DNA of 64,000 nucleotides from a virus (Duplodnaviria; Heunggongvirae; Uroviricota; Caudoviricetes): IMG/VR virus record IMGVR_UViG_3300037067_007156, positions 77,519 to 141,518 of that record; one strand, 5' to 3'. Shown piece by piece: positions 49,038 to 58,483 of this stretch (position 1 is its first letter; each line of letters starts with the position of its first letter). The notes under the pieces were generated by a model. It saw only the letters and a program-made list of their open reading frames with translations, ran no database searches and was not told where the DNA came from. The position numbers and the translations under genes were made by a program.

Positions 49038-49600
49038 TTTTTCCTTGGATATTTTTCATATACTTTAATCATATAAGGTGGAATATCACCTTTAACTCTA
49101 AAACCATGTCCATATAATGCACTTTCGGCTAATGAATCACCCATATTTCTCCCAGCATAAGCTCGTTGATTATTTAATTGGTCTTTATCAGCTTGTAATA
49201 AGTAAACAGGTACAACGACTTCATAAACAACAACATCATCATATGGATATGCTATTTCACCAAATGTTTTAGCCATATCTGGAAAAATAGATAGATAAAC
49301 AAAACCAGTTTGGGATTGTAATGATTTCTTAGTTTTCATTTTAGTAGTTAATAAACCATCTTTCAATATATCGATATTAGCCGATGTACCATGATATAAT
49401 TTAACTGGTCTGATATTTGGTTGATATTGATTTTTATGAGAATTTATTATTTTACTAAATTCTTTTATCAAATCTGGGGTAGGTTCTGAATAAAAGAAAT
49501 CTGGATATTCTTTTAATAAATCGATAGGGTTACTCATATCCACATTATAGTTAGAATGAACATATGCTTCGAATGTTTTTATAAATTTTAGTTTTTCCAT
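49034..49600 (-). CDS. Tpt1/KptA-like ADP-ribosyltransferase with CTS-like leader
   Basis: LYHGT....I..DGL...VYLS...A...G...DIPP..I; leader KFIKTFEAY. Confidence 0.65.
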   Translation of the reverse strand: MEKLKFIKTFEAYVHSNYNVDMSNPIDLLKEYPDFFYSEPTPDLIKEFSKIINSHKNQYQPNIRPVKLYHGTSANIDILKDGLLTTKMKTKKSLQSQTGFVYLSIFPDMAKTFGEIAYPYDDVVVYEVVVPVYLLQADKDQLNNQRAYAGRNMGDSLAESALYGHGFRVKGDIPPYMIKVYEKYPRKK

Positions 49601-49920
49601 TATCCAGTACTTTCTATAAATTTTATATCCTTTTCAGGGATTGCTTCTGGTGAAGCATAACGTTTACTTGCTGCACGATGTGTATAAACAAAAAAACCAT
49701 CATTGTCTGCACCCAAACCAATACCGTCCATTTTTGATGACAAACCATCAGGTTTTTTAAGACCAGTTACAAAACCGTTTCTGACTTTAGAACCAGTATT
49801 CATTAACGGTTCTATTAACTCTTTCATTTTATCGGATATCTTTCGACTTAGATGTAAAGATTTTTTATTTTCCTGATATCTATTTCTTTTTTCTAATAAA
49901 AAATTATTATAACCTAACAT
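49600..49920 (-). CDS. Hypothetical protein with CTS-like leader
   Basis: MLGYNNFLLE; GFFVYTHRA motif. Confidence 0.65.
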   Translation of the reverse strand: MLGYNNFLLEKRNRYQENKKSLHLSRKISDKMKELIEPLMNTGSKVRNGFVTGLKKPDGLSSKMDGIGLGADNDGFFVYTHRAASKRYASPEAIPEKDIKFIESTG

Positions 49921-49923
49921 ATT

Positions 49924-50214
49924 TTATCTTCTATTTATTATATAATGATATATATACTCAGCACAAAATTCAACTCTCTTATTTTCTGTTTCAAATTCAG
50001 CTATAATATCTTTAACTTCATCATTTTTTGTCATTAATTCTTTAACATTTGCCATAATAGAATCAACTCGTCTAAAGTCTTTTTCCGATACCTTATTCGC
50101 TCTCATCATCACATCAATTAATGCGCCACTAACATTATCAGTATATGTTCGTGTATAATTAAATATTGAAGCAATATTTTCATTTATAAATATTTCAAAT
50201 GTTTTTACTTTCAT
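49924..50214 (-). CDS. Hypothetical protein with CTS-like leader
   Basis: MKVKTFEIFINE. Confidence 0.65.
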   Translation of the reverse strand: MKVKTFEIFINENIASIFNYTRTYTDNVSGALIDVMMRANKVSEKDFRRVDSIMANVKELMTKNDEVKDIIAEFETENKRVEFCAEYIYHYIINRR

Positions 50215-50225
50215 GATAAAATATT

Positions 50226-50552
50226 TTATTTTAAATCAATAACTGTTGTAGATTTATTTGGTATTATTCTTGTTAAATATGTATTAATATATTCAATGTA
50301 TTTATTGTGAGCATGAATTAACATATCACCATCAGTTTCATAATTATACTCAACTGCAACGGGGTCAAATCCTTTTATAATTAATTCATTATATATTTTA
50401 TTAGATTTAAAAGATTCTTTAGATGTATATACATGTGGTGTCATTAAAATTTCATTTCCAGAATGTATGAAATTGATATCTAACCTGATATAAAGAGATT
50501 CCAAAGTAATATTCCCAAAAATGGTTAATCCTGATGTTACTAAAAGTGCCAT
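50226..50552 (-). CDS. Hypothetical protein
   Basis: 108-aa ORF, TTAATATATA at 50574-50583. Confidence 0.6.
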   Translation of the reverse strand: MALLVTSGLTIFGNITLESLYIRLDINFIHSGNEILMTPHVYTSKESFKSNKIYNELIIKGFDPVAVEYNYETDGDMLIHAHNKYIEYINTYLTRIIPNKSTTVIDLK

Positions 50553-50660
50553 AAAAATATTTTTATTTTTACTTATATATTAAAAATGTTGTGGATTATT
50601 TTTTTAATATATAAGGTAGATATTCTAATTTAATATATATTAAAAATTAACCAATAAATA

Positions 50661-52904
50661 ATGGCTATTACTAAAAGAATAAAACTTGACATTAATGTTT
50701 TACTTGAATGGACATACGATGATAATAATATAAAAAATGAAAATTATTCAGTTTTATCCAATTTAAACTTAGGTACAAGAGATTATGTATCATTTCTTCC
50801 TCTTAATAGTGAAGACCATACATTATTTTGTGTTGATAGTGTTATTAAAAAATATTCTCAATTTAATACAGAATCTTTTAATTTTCTAAAAAAGCAAAAT
50901 TATGCTGGCAACCTTATATCATATGATAAAATAAAAATATATTTTCCTATTAATTATGTTTTCAATACATATAGAGGATTTTACTTGGATGTTTTCACAT
51001 TTGATTATGCAAATGAAAATGTACATTCTTTATGTAAATTTTATTATGATATAGCACTTGATGATAATATAGGTATGATTGATTTAGAAACACCTTTTAC
51101 ATATGATGAAAAATTATGGGGTAAGAGTATTACTTTAGAAATACCATCAATTTATCATATAGCTAAAGACCGAATAATAAGTGATACTTCAAATACTGTA
51201 ACACCAAACACCATAAATTACAATTTAACAAATAGTATTGGTTTAAGTCAGTCAGCTCCAATTTTTATAGATTTTTCTTACATCGTTACTGGTGAAGTCG
51301 TTCTAAACAAATTATATTACAGATTAGGTGAAACTTTTGAAACTTCAGTCCCTCAACAACCGGAATACCAATCATTAGGGGTCGAAATAATTGAATCAAC
51401 TCAGGGTGATTTCTTTGAAATTTATGGAATATATAAAGATTCTAATGAAAACTTGGACGATTTTGTTGAAGATATTGAGGCTAAAGGTAAAAAAATTGAA
51501 ATAGAATATACAATTACATTATTTGAAGAAAATATACAAAGTGGTTATCCTCAAACATTTGTTGTGAGTGAAAATTTTTCACAAAAACTTTTATATAGGC
51601 CAATAATACGTTATTCTAATACAACAGCTGCTATTGACGTTCAAATGAGTGTTATAGATTTGGTTAATAATAGTCAAATTGAACGATACGCATCAATAGG
51701 ATTAACTAAAAATATATTTAAATATGGAAAAACATTATCCAGAATAAATTTAGATGACTCAGTATTAAAACCAAAAATATATAAAGCTAAACCAGAAACT
51801 ATTATAATTAATGGTACAACAAATAGTGACACGAGTAGTATTACAAAAGTACCATATCCTGTTTTATATGATAAATATAAATTATTAGTTAACAGCACCG
51901 TTTCTATTAATAGTGAGTATAAATCCAATGGACTATTGAATATTGTTATAACCCCGTTTGATAATGTTATTAAATTTAACTTAGCGACTGCTGTTGATAA
52001 TCAAACTGGTGAACCGCTACCATATGATTTATTCACTATATCAAATAATGCAAAACTCAAATTGGTATTTAAATCGGATGCTAAAACTCTTGAAATAGAT
52101 TATTTTGCTCAATCGACAGATAATGATTTTAAAAACGGTGAAATTGTGTTTAAAATTAAAGAGAGTGATATCGCAACAATAAAAAGTATATACAATAAAA
52201 AATTTAAAAATTTTTATTTAATACTTTATGCCAATGATAGTAAAACTTTATTGTATTCTGGTAAATATGATTTTTATGAAAATATTAAATTTGTTGATGT
52301 TAAAAAAACTACTACCTCAACTGTTTCATCTGGTGGTACTGGTGTAGGAATAGATATTTATAAAAAACAACTGGAAGCAACAAATAAAAAATACAACCAA
52401 ACTGTCAGTTTATTAAATGAAAAAATAAAAAAATTAGAATTAGATAGAAAAGTAACGGAAAATTCACAGTTTAAAACAACTAATGTTCCTTTAACAACAG
52501 CAAATAATCAAATAAAAAATAATAAAAATTATTTTAATCTTTTAATTTTTATTAAAAAGAAAATCGTTAAAACAGATTTCGAAACATACCTTAAAACATT
52601 AGGTATTAAAACATGGATTTACAACGATTATGTTTATTATATATCTGCTGTTCATATATTGAAAGTTAATGTATTAGAAAAGAAAACTGAATATATTAGT
52701 AAAATTATAAGATTAGATATATATGATGGTCAAAACCAAAGTGCGAAAACAAATAACACTATAACCGAAAGTCAAGTGAACACAGCTATTTCTGAAAAAT
52801 ACAATAAGTTAAACAGTGCTCAAACAACAAAAAATTCAGCATCATCAATCAAATATATTTCCGATGGAGTAACGACAACGGTAAAATTAAAAGATATATT
52901 GTAA
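50661..52904 (+). CDS. Large putative structural protein
   Basis: 747 aa, beta-rich, two TTAATATATA motifs upstream. Confidence 0.6.
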   Translation: MAITKRIKLDINVLLEWTYDDNNIKNENYSVLSNLNLGTRDYVSFLPLNSEDHTLFCVDSVIKKYSQFNTESFNFLKKQNYAGNLISYDKIKIYFPINYVFNTYRGFYLDVFTFDYANENVHSLCKFYYDIALDDNIGMIDLETPFTYDEKLWGKSITLEIPSIYHIAKDRIISDTSNTVTPNTINYNLTNSIGLSQSAPIFIDFSYIVTGEVVLNKLYYRLGETFETSVPQQPEYQSLGVEIIESTQGDFFEIYGIYKDSNENLDDFVEDIEAKGKKIEIEYTITLFEENIQSGYPQTFVVSENFSQKLLYRPIIRYSNTTAAIDVQMSVIDLVNNSQIERYASIGLTKNIFKYGKTLSRINLDDSVLKPKIYKAKPETIIINGTTNSDTSSITKVPYPVLYDKYKLLVNSTVSINSEYKSNGLLNIVITPFDNVIKFNLATAVDNQTGEPLPYDLFTISNNAKLKLVFKSDAKTLEIDYFAQSTDNDFKNGEIVFKIKESDIATIKSIYNKKFKNFYLILYANDSKTLLYSGKYDFYENIKFVDVKKTTTSTVSSGGTGVGIDIYKKQLEATNKKYNQTVSLLNEKIKKLELDRKVTENSQFKTTNVPLTTANNQIKNNKNYFNLLIFIKKKIVKTDFETYLKTLGIKTWIYNDYVYYISAVHILKVNVLEKKTEYISKIIRLDIYDGQNQSAKTNNTITESQVNTAISEKYNKLNSAQTTKNSASSIKYISDGVTTTVKLKDIL

Positions 52905-52922
52905 AAAAAAATAATAAAATGA

Positions 52923-53534
52923 ATGAGATTATCATCACAAAATAATCAATTTGTATTTAATTTTCCAAATGACTTCATTCCAACAGAAATTGAAGAACGT
53001 ATGATGATTTTCATGGAAAAAAATTTCATCCCTTATGATAGTGTATTAGACTATATTAATAGTACAATAAAAGAAATAACATTTCCATCTATCCAATTTA
53101 ATACTTCTACACAAACAATAAAAAGAGGTAAAGAAATACATTGGAAAAATGCAGGGTCTGTGTTTGATAATTTCACAAGGGAACTTGATATAACATTCAG
53201 GAGTGTTGATGCACATATTAATTATTTTATGTTAATGGAAATTTTAAATGAATATTTTTTAAATAACGACAAGCAATATATACCACTTTTTAATTTAGAT
53301 ATATTGGATAAAAACGGTGATGTTACATATACCGTTGTATTCAGAGAAAATTTATTAAAATCAATTTCTGAAAATAGAATGAGTTATCATGTAATGGATA
53401 TATCCGAAAAAACATTTTCTATAACATTTTTATATAATTTTATCGATATTTATTGGAAAATTAGTGATGAACCTAACACACCAGAAAAAAATATTTTTGA
53501 TATACCAATAAAAGAAACAAAACACAGAATATAA
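52923..53534 (+). CDS. Putative tail tube / tube-initiator fold protein
   Basis: 203 aa; I.FP..QF...ELDITF...D..INYF...E pattern reminiscent of gp19/gp54/gp3 tube-fold proteins. Confidence 0.4.
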   Translation: MRLSSQNNQFVFNFPNDFIPTEIEERMMIFMEKNFIPYDSVLDYINSTIKEITFPSIQFNTSTQTIKRGKEIHWKNAGSVFDNFTRELDITFRSVDAHINYFMLMEILNEYFLNNDKQYIPLFNLDILDKNGDVTYTVVFRENLLKSISENRMSYHVMDISEKTFSITFLYNFIDIYWKISDEPNTPEKNIFDIPIKETKHRI

Positions 53535-53603
53535 TTTTTTTCCTAAAAATAAAAACTTTTAAATTTCCATGTACTACAAGAATTAAAATAAATTAATTAA
53601 TTC

Positions 53604-54815
53604 ATGTATATGGAACAAAAAATAAAAGAAGAAATTAGCAGTGAGCTAAAAAAAATCAATCAAGTTGAAGGAAATGAAAATTTTGATTGGGATTCAGTTT
53701 TAAATGGCACAGAACATATTTTCAGCCATAAAAACAAAAATAATGTTAAATTATCAAAAGAACAAGAATATAAACTATCATTATATGATGGAATAAACTC
53801 TTTTGATAAGAAAGTAGAAGAAGGATTAATAGTGACGGGTCAAATTAGATATATGACCAAAAGAGAAATGCAAATCGATTTCAATTATAAAGATTATATT
53901 TATGTTGAAAATAAATTATCTGATTGGCCTACTCTTCAATCTTTCAAAGAAGGTGATGTTGTTGATGTTTTGGTTAAAGAAATCCAGAGTAAACCTATTT
54001 ATTTGATTAAAGGTTCAATCATGGATTTGTTAAGAAGAAATGTCGATACCAAAATCCGAACATGCTTCGAAGAAAACACCCCAATAATTGCAGTTGTCAA
54101 TGAAATCATACCAGCAGGTTATATGCTTACAATGGAAATTGATAAAGTTAAAGTTAACGCTTTTATGCCTAACACACTGGCTGATGTAAATAGAATATAT
54201 GACCCCAATGTTTTGTTAGGTAAAAAAATCAATGTGATGTTAGAAACTATGCAACAGGAAAAAGGTGTATATGTTGTAAGTAGGAAAAAATATCTTCGTA
54301 CTCTAATACCTGAAAAAATGAGTAAATTGGATTTTGATGAGGTGTATGAAGGTGTTGTTACTGGCACTACACCATTTGGGGTATTTGTTCAATTTGATGG
54401 TTGTTTAACTGGTATGATTCACAAAGCAAATGTTAATTCAGAATGGCGAGATAGAATTCATGAAATTAAAGCTGGCACTCAAATTGTATTCTATATTAAG
54501 GAAATTACGAAGAATGATAAAATCATTCTTACCCAAACATTAGAAGACTCTCTTTGGGATACAATTAAAGTAGGTATGATATTGGATGGTGAAGTTGTAG
54601 CTTTAAAACCTTTTGGTGCGTTAGTTAAACTCGATTATGAAACAATAGGTTTAATCCAGATAAGTTACCTGAATAAATATAAAAAACATCTCACACAAAA
54701 CGAAAAAATTAGTGTAAAGGTGGTTAATGTTTTAAAAGATGACAGGAAGATATATTTATCACTATATGATAAAACAAGAATTAAAGAAACTACTGATACA
54801 ACAGAAGTTAATTAA
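53604..54815 (+). CDS. rpsA: Ribosomal protein S1-like protein (four S1 domains)
   Basis: S1 repeats: G.I...., AFMP, YEGVVTGTTPFGVFVQF.G..GMIH, GEVVALKPFGALVKL. Confidence 0.85.
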   Translation: MYMEQKIKEEISSELKKINQVEGNENFDWDSVLNGTEHIFSHKNKNNVKLSKEQEYKLSLYDGINSFDKKVEEGLIVTGQIRYMTKREMQIDFNYKDYIYVENKLSDWPTLQSFKEGDVVDVLVKEIQSKPIYLIKGSIMDLLRRNVDTKIRTCFEENTPIIAVVNEIIPAGYMLTMEIDKVKVNAFMPNTLADVNRIYDPNVLLGKKINVMLETMQQEKGVYVVSRKKYLRTLIPEKMSKLDFDEVYEGVVTGTTPFGVFVQFDGCLTGMIHKANVNSEWRDRIHEIKAGTQIVFYIKEITKNDKIILTQTLEDSLWDTIKVGMILDGEVVALKPFGALVKLDYETIGLIQISYLNKYKKHLTQNEKISVKVVNVLKDDRKIYLSLYDKTRIKETTDTTEVN

Positions 54816-54834
54816 ATTAAGATAAATAATATAA

Positions 54835-54864
54835 AAAAAAAGCCACTAAAAAGTGGCTTTTTTT
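54835..54864. terminator. Bidirectional terminator
   Basis: AAAAAAAGCCACT-AAAA-AGTGGCTTTTTTT. Confidence 0.75.
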
Positions 54865-55141
54865 ATATTATTAAAAATTCTACTTTATCTTTATCTTTAT
54901 TTTCAATAGCTTTTATAATTTCATTTTCAACATCAGATATATTAATTATACTCATATCTGAGAAAACCTCATCTAATTTAATTCTTCTAATTGTAGAATT
55001 ATCAATTAAAATAAACGTTTTACCATCGACTCGACTTTTACCTATACATTTTATGTATTTATTTTCATTTAAATCTAAATTAAGAAATCTTTTGTCGAGT
55101 TCGTCATCAATTATTTTACAAAGTATAATATTCCTATTCAT
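54863..55141 (-). CDS. Hypothetical protein with RRIKLDEVF motif
   Basis: 92-aa ORF. Confidence 0.55.
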   Translation of the reverse strand: MNRNIILCKIIDDELDKRFLNLDLNENKYIKCIGKSRVDGKTFILIDNSTIRRIKLDEVFSDMSIINISDVENEIIKAIENKDKDKVEFLII

Positions 55142-55295
55142 TGATATAAAATTATTTTTTAAAATATAAAATATATTTTTTATACCCTTTATATACTTAA
55201 AAAAATATTTTGTTGATATTCAATAGTATAAAAAATATTTTTATTTTTCTTAGAAAAATAGCACAATAGCACTATTAATATATAATTAAGTAATT

Positions 55296-55433
55296 ATGGA
55301 AAGACATAAATTATTTAAAAATAGCACAGGATACCAAATAAATCTAAGTTTTAACGGAACTATTTCGAATAATTCGTTTGAAAACAGGATTAAGATTATA
55401 AACATTGGTTATCCCTGTGCTTTTTCATTTTAA
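55296..55433 (+). other. 45-aa ORF and/or structured leader upstream of phoH
   Basis: MERHKLFK...CAFSF behind TTAATATATA (55275-55284); long-range stem 55323-55337 with 55405-55421. Confidence 0.35.
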
Positions 55434-55480
55434 ATATTTTATTTATCCAGTTTAACTGGAATAAAAAACAATTTTTTATT

Positions 55481-56263
55481 ATGTCAAAGAAAAACAGCAA
55501 AAACAACAACTATCAATTTTTGAACACAAATGTTTTAAAATCAAGAATTAGTGGTGATGTAGAAACCATAACAAATGGTGAACAAATTCTTGAATTGACA
55601 AATAAGCATAAATCAGAAGCCTTAATAGGGAAAAGATTAATTGTGAAATGTAAAAACAAAAAACAAAAAGATTTTATAAACTTAATAGAAGAAAAGGAAA
55701 TTATTATATGTAAGGGACCAGCTGGTGTTGGGAAATCATATTTATCAGTAATTCAAGCTTTGAAATTATTACAAAGACCAGATAATTCATACGAAAAGAT
55801 TTATATCATTACACCAGCCGTTGAATCAGAGGAGAAATTAGGTAGTCTCCCTGGTGATGTTGCATCTAAAATCGACCCTTTTATATTCTCAACATTTTAT
55901 TTGATAGATAAGATAATTGGTAAACAAGCAAGAGAGAAGCTTGTAGAAAAAGAAATAATACAACCCATTGCATTTGCATATTTAAGGGGAATCAATCTTG
56001 AAAATTGCCTACTCATCGGGGAGGAATTGCAGAATACCACAAAAGGTCAATTTAAGACTCTCATTACCAGAATCGGTTATAACGCCAAATTTTTGCTTTC
56101 TGGGGATTTGGAACAAACCGATAGATTTAGAAAAAAAGAAGAATCTGGTTTATATGATGCTTTTGAGCGTTTTCAAGGAATAGATAAAATTGGTTTCTTC
56201 GAATTCACCAATGAAGATGTAGTAAGAAACCCATTAATAACCGAAATATTGAAAAAATATTAA
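55481..56263 (+). CDS. phoH: PhoH-family ATPase
   Basis: KN.KQK.F, GPAGVGKSY, LGSLPG, LRG.NLE, EELQN.T, LITRIG, GD.EQ.D, VVRNPL. Confidence 0.95.
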   Translation: MSKKNSKNNNYQFLNTNVLKSRISGDVETITNGEQILELTNKHKSEALIGKRLIVKCKNKKQKDFINLIEEKEIIICKGPAGVGKSYLSVIQALKLLQRPDNSYEKIYIITPAVESEEKLGSLPGDVASKIDPFIFSTFYLIDKIIGKQAREKLVEKEIIQPIAFAYLRGINLENCLLIGEELQNTTKGQFKTLITRIGYNAKFLLSGDLEQTDRFRKKEESGLYDAFERFQGIDKIGFFEFTNEDVVRNPLITEILKKY

Positions 56264-56270
56264 AAGTGAT

Positions 56271-56300
56271 AAAAGAACCAGAATTATTTCTGGTTCTTTT
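56271..56300. terminator. Bidirectional terminator
   Basis: AAAAGAACCAGAA-TTAT-TTCTGGTTCTTTT. Confidence 0.75.
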
Positions 56301-57456
56301 TCATAAATTCTCTACATTCTGAAATTAAATTATGCTTTTTAAGATATATAAATACACTACTATAATTTATTTTTATCTTATTTGTTGTGTTATAATTATA
56401 TTTTATTATTAAATCTTTAATTTTATTAAAATTCCATATAATATTATTTCTTTTCAAATCGACAAGTAAATGATTTAAACCATGTCTTTTTATATATGTA
56501 TAACAACTTCTTGAATTTTGTATAAAATCTAAAAGATATTCATATTTAGATATCTCACTTTTAATCATTTCTATATCGTCAACACTCCAAGCATTTTTAG
56601 TTTTTACTAAAATATTTATATAATTATCTAACATATTAATTTTACATAATTTTTTATACAATTTTTCTTCATTAATTCTAAAATCTTTAAGAGTTTTATA
56701 TTTACTGATAATATTTTTCACATCATTTTCATCTAAAATACTATCCTTTATATTTAAGTATAAATCTTTTTCATCAATATCTAATATGTCTTCTGATTTT
56801 AAATTTATTTTACAAACCTTATTAATACAATCTAATTTGTTAATTAGTTGTTTCTTAATATCATCAACATATTTTCTATTATTTTCTTCGATTTTTATTA
56901 ATGTTATATTCAACTCGTCACATTTTATTTGTTTAATAATATCGTTTTCATTATTTAAATGCCACCTTTTACCATTATATTCAAAAGCTATTTTATATTC
57001 AGGTATATAAACATCCAGTTCATATGGTTTTATAATTTTCCGACTGTTATAAATTATATCAGATGGTGAAATTAATATTTTCAATATTTCAAATAACAAT
57101 AATTGTGGTATACTATAACTTTGTTTTATCATATGAGAACAAATATCATTCAAAATCCCCATCGTTCTTGCTACTGAATAAGCGGAACTATCTAATTTTT
57201 GAAATTCACCTCTTGATTTATACGTTTTTGCTATATTTTTTAAATTTTCATAAGATAAATCTCGACCAACTATTTTATTTCTCAACCCAATCATTTCACT
57301 TTTATGTTCTTTAGATTTTTTTAATCTTAAAACATATGCCTTTTTATAAATACTTTTAAGAGTTTTTTTCAATTCAATCGATAACTCATCATTTCTTTTA
57401 TTACTGTAATTTTCAATTAAATAATTAATTTCATCATCAGTCCAATATTTCCTCAT
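56284..57456 (-). CDS. Putative homing endonuclease (PD-(D/E)xK type)
   Basis: WTDDE..YL N-terminus; YELDVYIPE..IAFEYNG..WH; SRGEF...SAY repeats. Confidence 0.7.
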   Translation of the reverse strand: MRKYWTDDEINYLIENYSNKRNDELSIELKKTLKSIYKKAYVLRLKKSKEHKSEMIGLRNKIVGRDLSYENLKNIAKTYKSRGEFQKLDSSAYSVARTMGILNDICSHMIKQSYSIPQLLLFEILKILISPSDIIYNSRKIIKPYELDVYIPEYKIAFEYNGKRWHLNNENDIIKQIKCDELNITLIKIEENNRKYVDDIKKQLINKLDCINKVCKINLKSEDILDIDEKDLYLNIKDSILDENDVKNIISKYKTLKDFRINEEKLYKKLCKINMLDNYINILVKTKNAWSVDDIEMIKSEISKYEYLLDFIQNSRSCYTYIKRHGLNHLLVDLKRNNIIWNFNKIKDLIIKYNYNTTNKIKINYSSVFIYLKKHNLISECREFMKKNQK

Positions 57457-57563
57457 TCTATATAGTTATTTTTTATCTATATATTTAAAAATATGAGACC
57501 GAATTGCTCCTTGTGATTTTTTTCTCTCATTATATCTTATTAATTTTGTTTAAAATAATTAAT

Positions 57564-57866
57564 ATGGTTTTATTTGATATGAATAATAAAAAATATGTTT
57601 TTGGTGAAGTTTCATTGGACTTAACGAAGAATAAAAAACTTTTTTCTTATTTAGAAGAATCTACAATAAGTATTAATAATAAAACATATTCATCCTTAAT
57701 AACAACAAAATGGAGTAGTTATATATTTTATCAAAATAATTGGTTTAGATATATCAACGATTATAATACATCTTTAAAAACAAATTTACAATTGTGGACT
57801 GCACCAAATATAGGCAGACGACTTACTACTTTGAATAAATTTTTCGAGGAAGGTGAATTATCATGA
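57564..57866 (+). CDS. Hypothetical protein
   Basis: ATG at 57564 preferred over the TTG at 57504. Confidence 0.5.
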   Translation: MVLFDMNNKKYVFGEVSLDLTKNKKLFSYLEESTISINNKTYSSLITTKWSSYIFYQNNWFRYINDYNTSLKTNLQLWTAPNIGRRLTTLNKFFEEGELS

Positions 57867-58429
57867 GTAAAAAATCAAATATAGAAATAACAGACTCACA
57901 TCGAGAAATGTATCGTAAACTATATTCTTTATATCAAAAAAAGAAAGAGGGTCTGGGATTTCATTATAAAAACACCAGTAAAATAAAAATATTGCGAGAA
58001 TTAGAAAAACTTGGTTATGTGAGATATAAATATAAAAATGTTGAAGTTCATACTAATTACAAAAAACGAAAATATAAAATTTATTATTTATTCTTCGAAT
58101 CCACTGGTAAAAAAATGTTTAATAAAAAAGTATCTACCAAAATAATTTCAAAAATATATGATTCAAGTGGTGTTGAAATAAATATAATTCTAAGATACAT
58201 TCATCTTAAAGATGGTTGGGATGACAATATATTTATCGATGGAAAAGAAGCTGATATTTATAGAACTGGTCGAAATAATTATTATATAAAGTTTGAAGAA
58301 CGGATGTATAAAGTTGTAAACTTAAAAAATTTTGCATATTGGAGTGATGAGAATTTCTATACTACAACAAAATTAGCTTTTGAAAGAAAAACAAAAATAT
58401 TAGATATTTTTTCTGATATAGAGCTTTAA
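57863..58429 (+). CDS. Hypothetical protein with RKTKILDIF tag
   Basis: Basic; ends FERKTKILDIFSDIEL. Confidence 0.6.
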   Translation: MSKKSNIEITDSHREMYRKLYSLYQKKKEGLGFHYKNTSKIKILRELEKLGYVRYKYKNVEVHTNYKKRKYKIYYLFFESTGKKMFNKKVSTKIISKIYDSSGVEINIILRYIHLKDGWDDNIFIDGKEADIYRTGRNNYYIKFEERMYKVVNLKNFAYWSDENFYTTTKLAFERKTKILDIFSDIEL

Positions 58430-58483
58430 ATATTCCAAAAATATTTTTTAAATTAAATATATAAAGAAAAATATATTTTTATA

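Noticed and set aside
2469-57314. Many short antisense or overlapping ORFs in the track (e.g. 2469, 3416, 10661, 11982, 14732, 15355, 18250, 18755, 20777, 29637, 39998, 43485, 54119)
   Set aside because: They lie opposite or inside longer genes with clear motifs and look like shadow frames.
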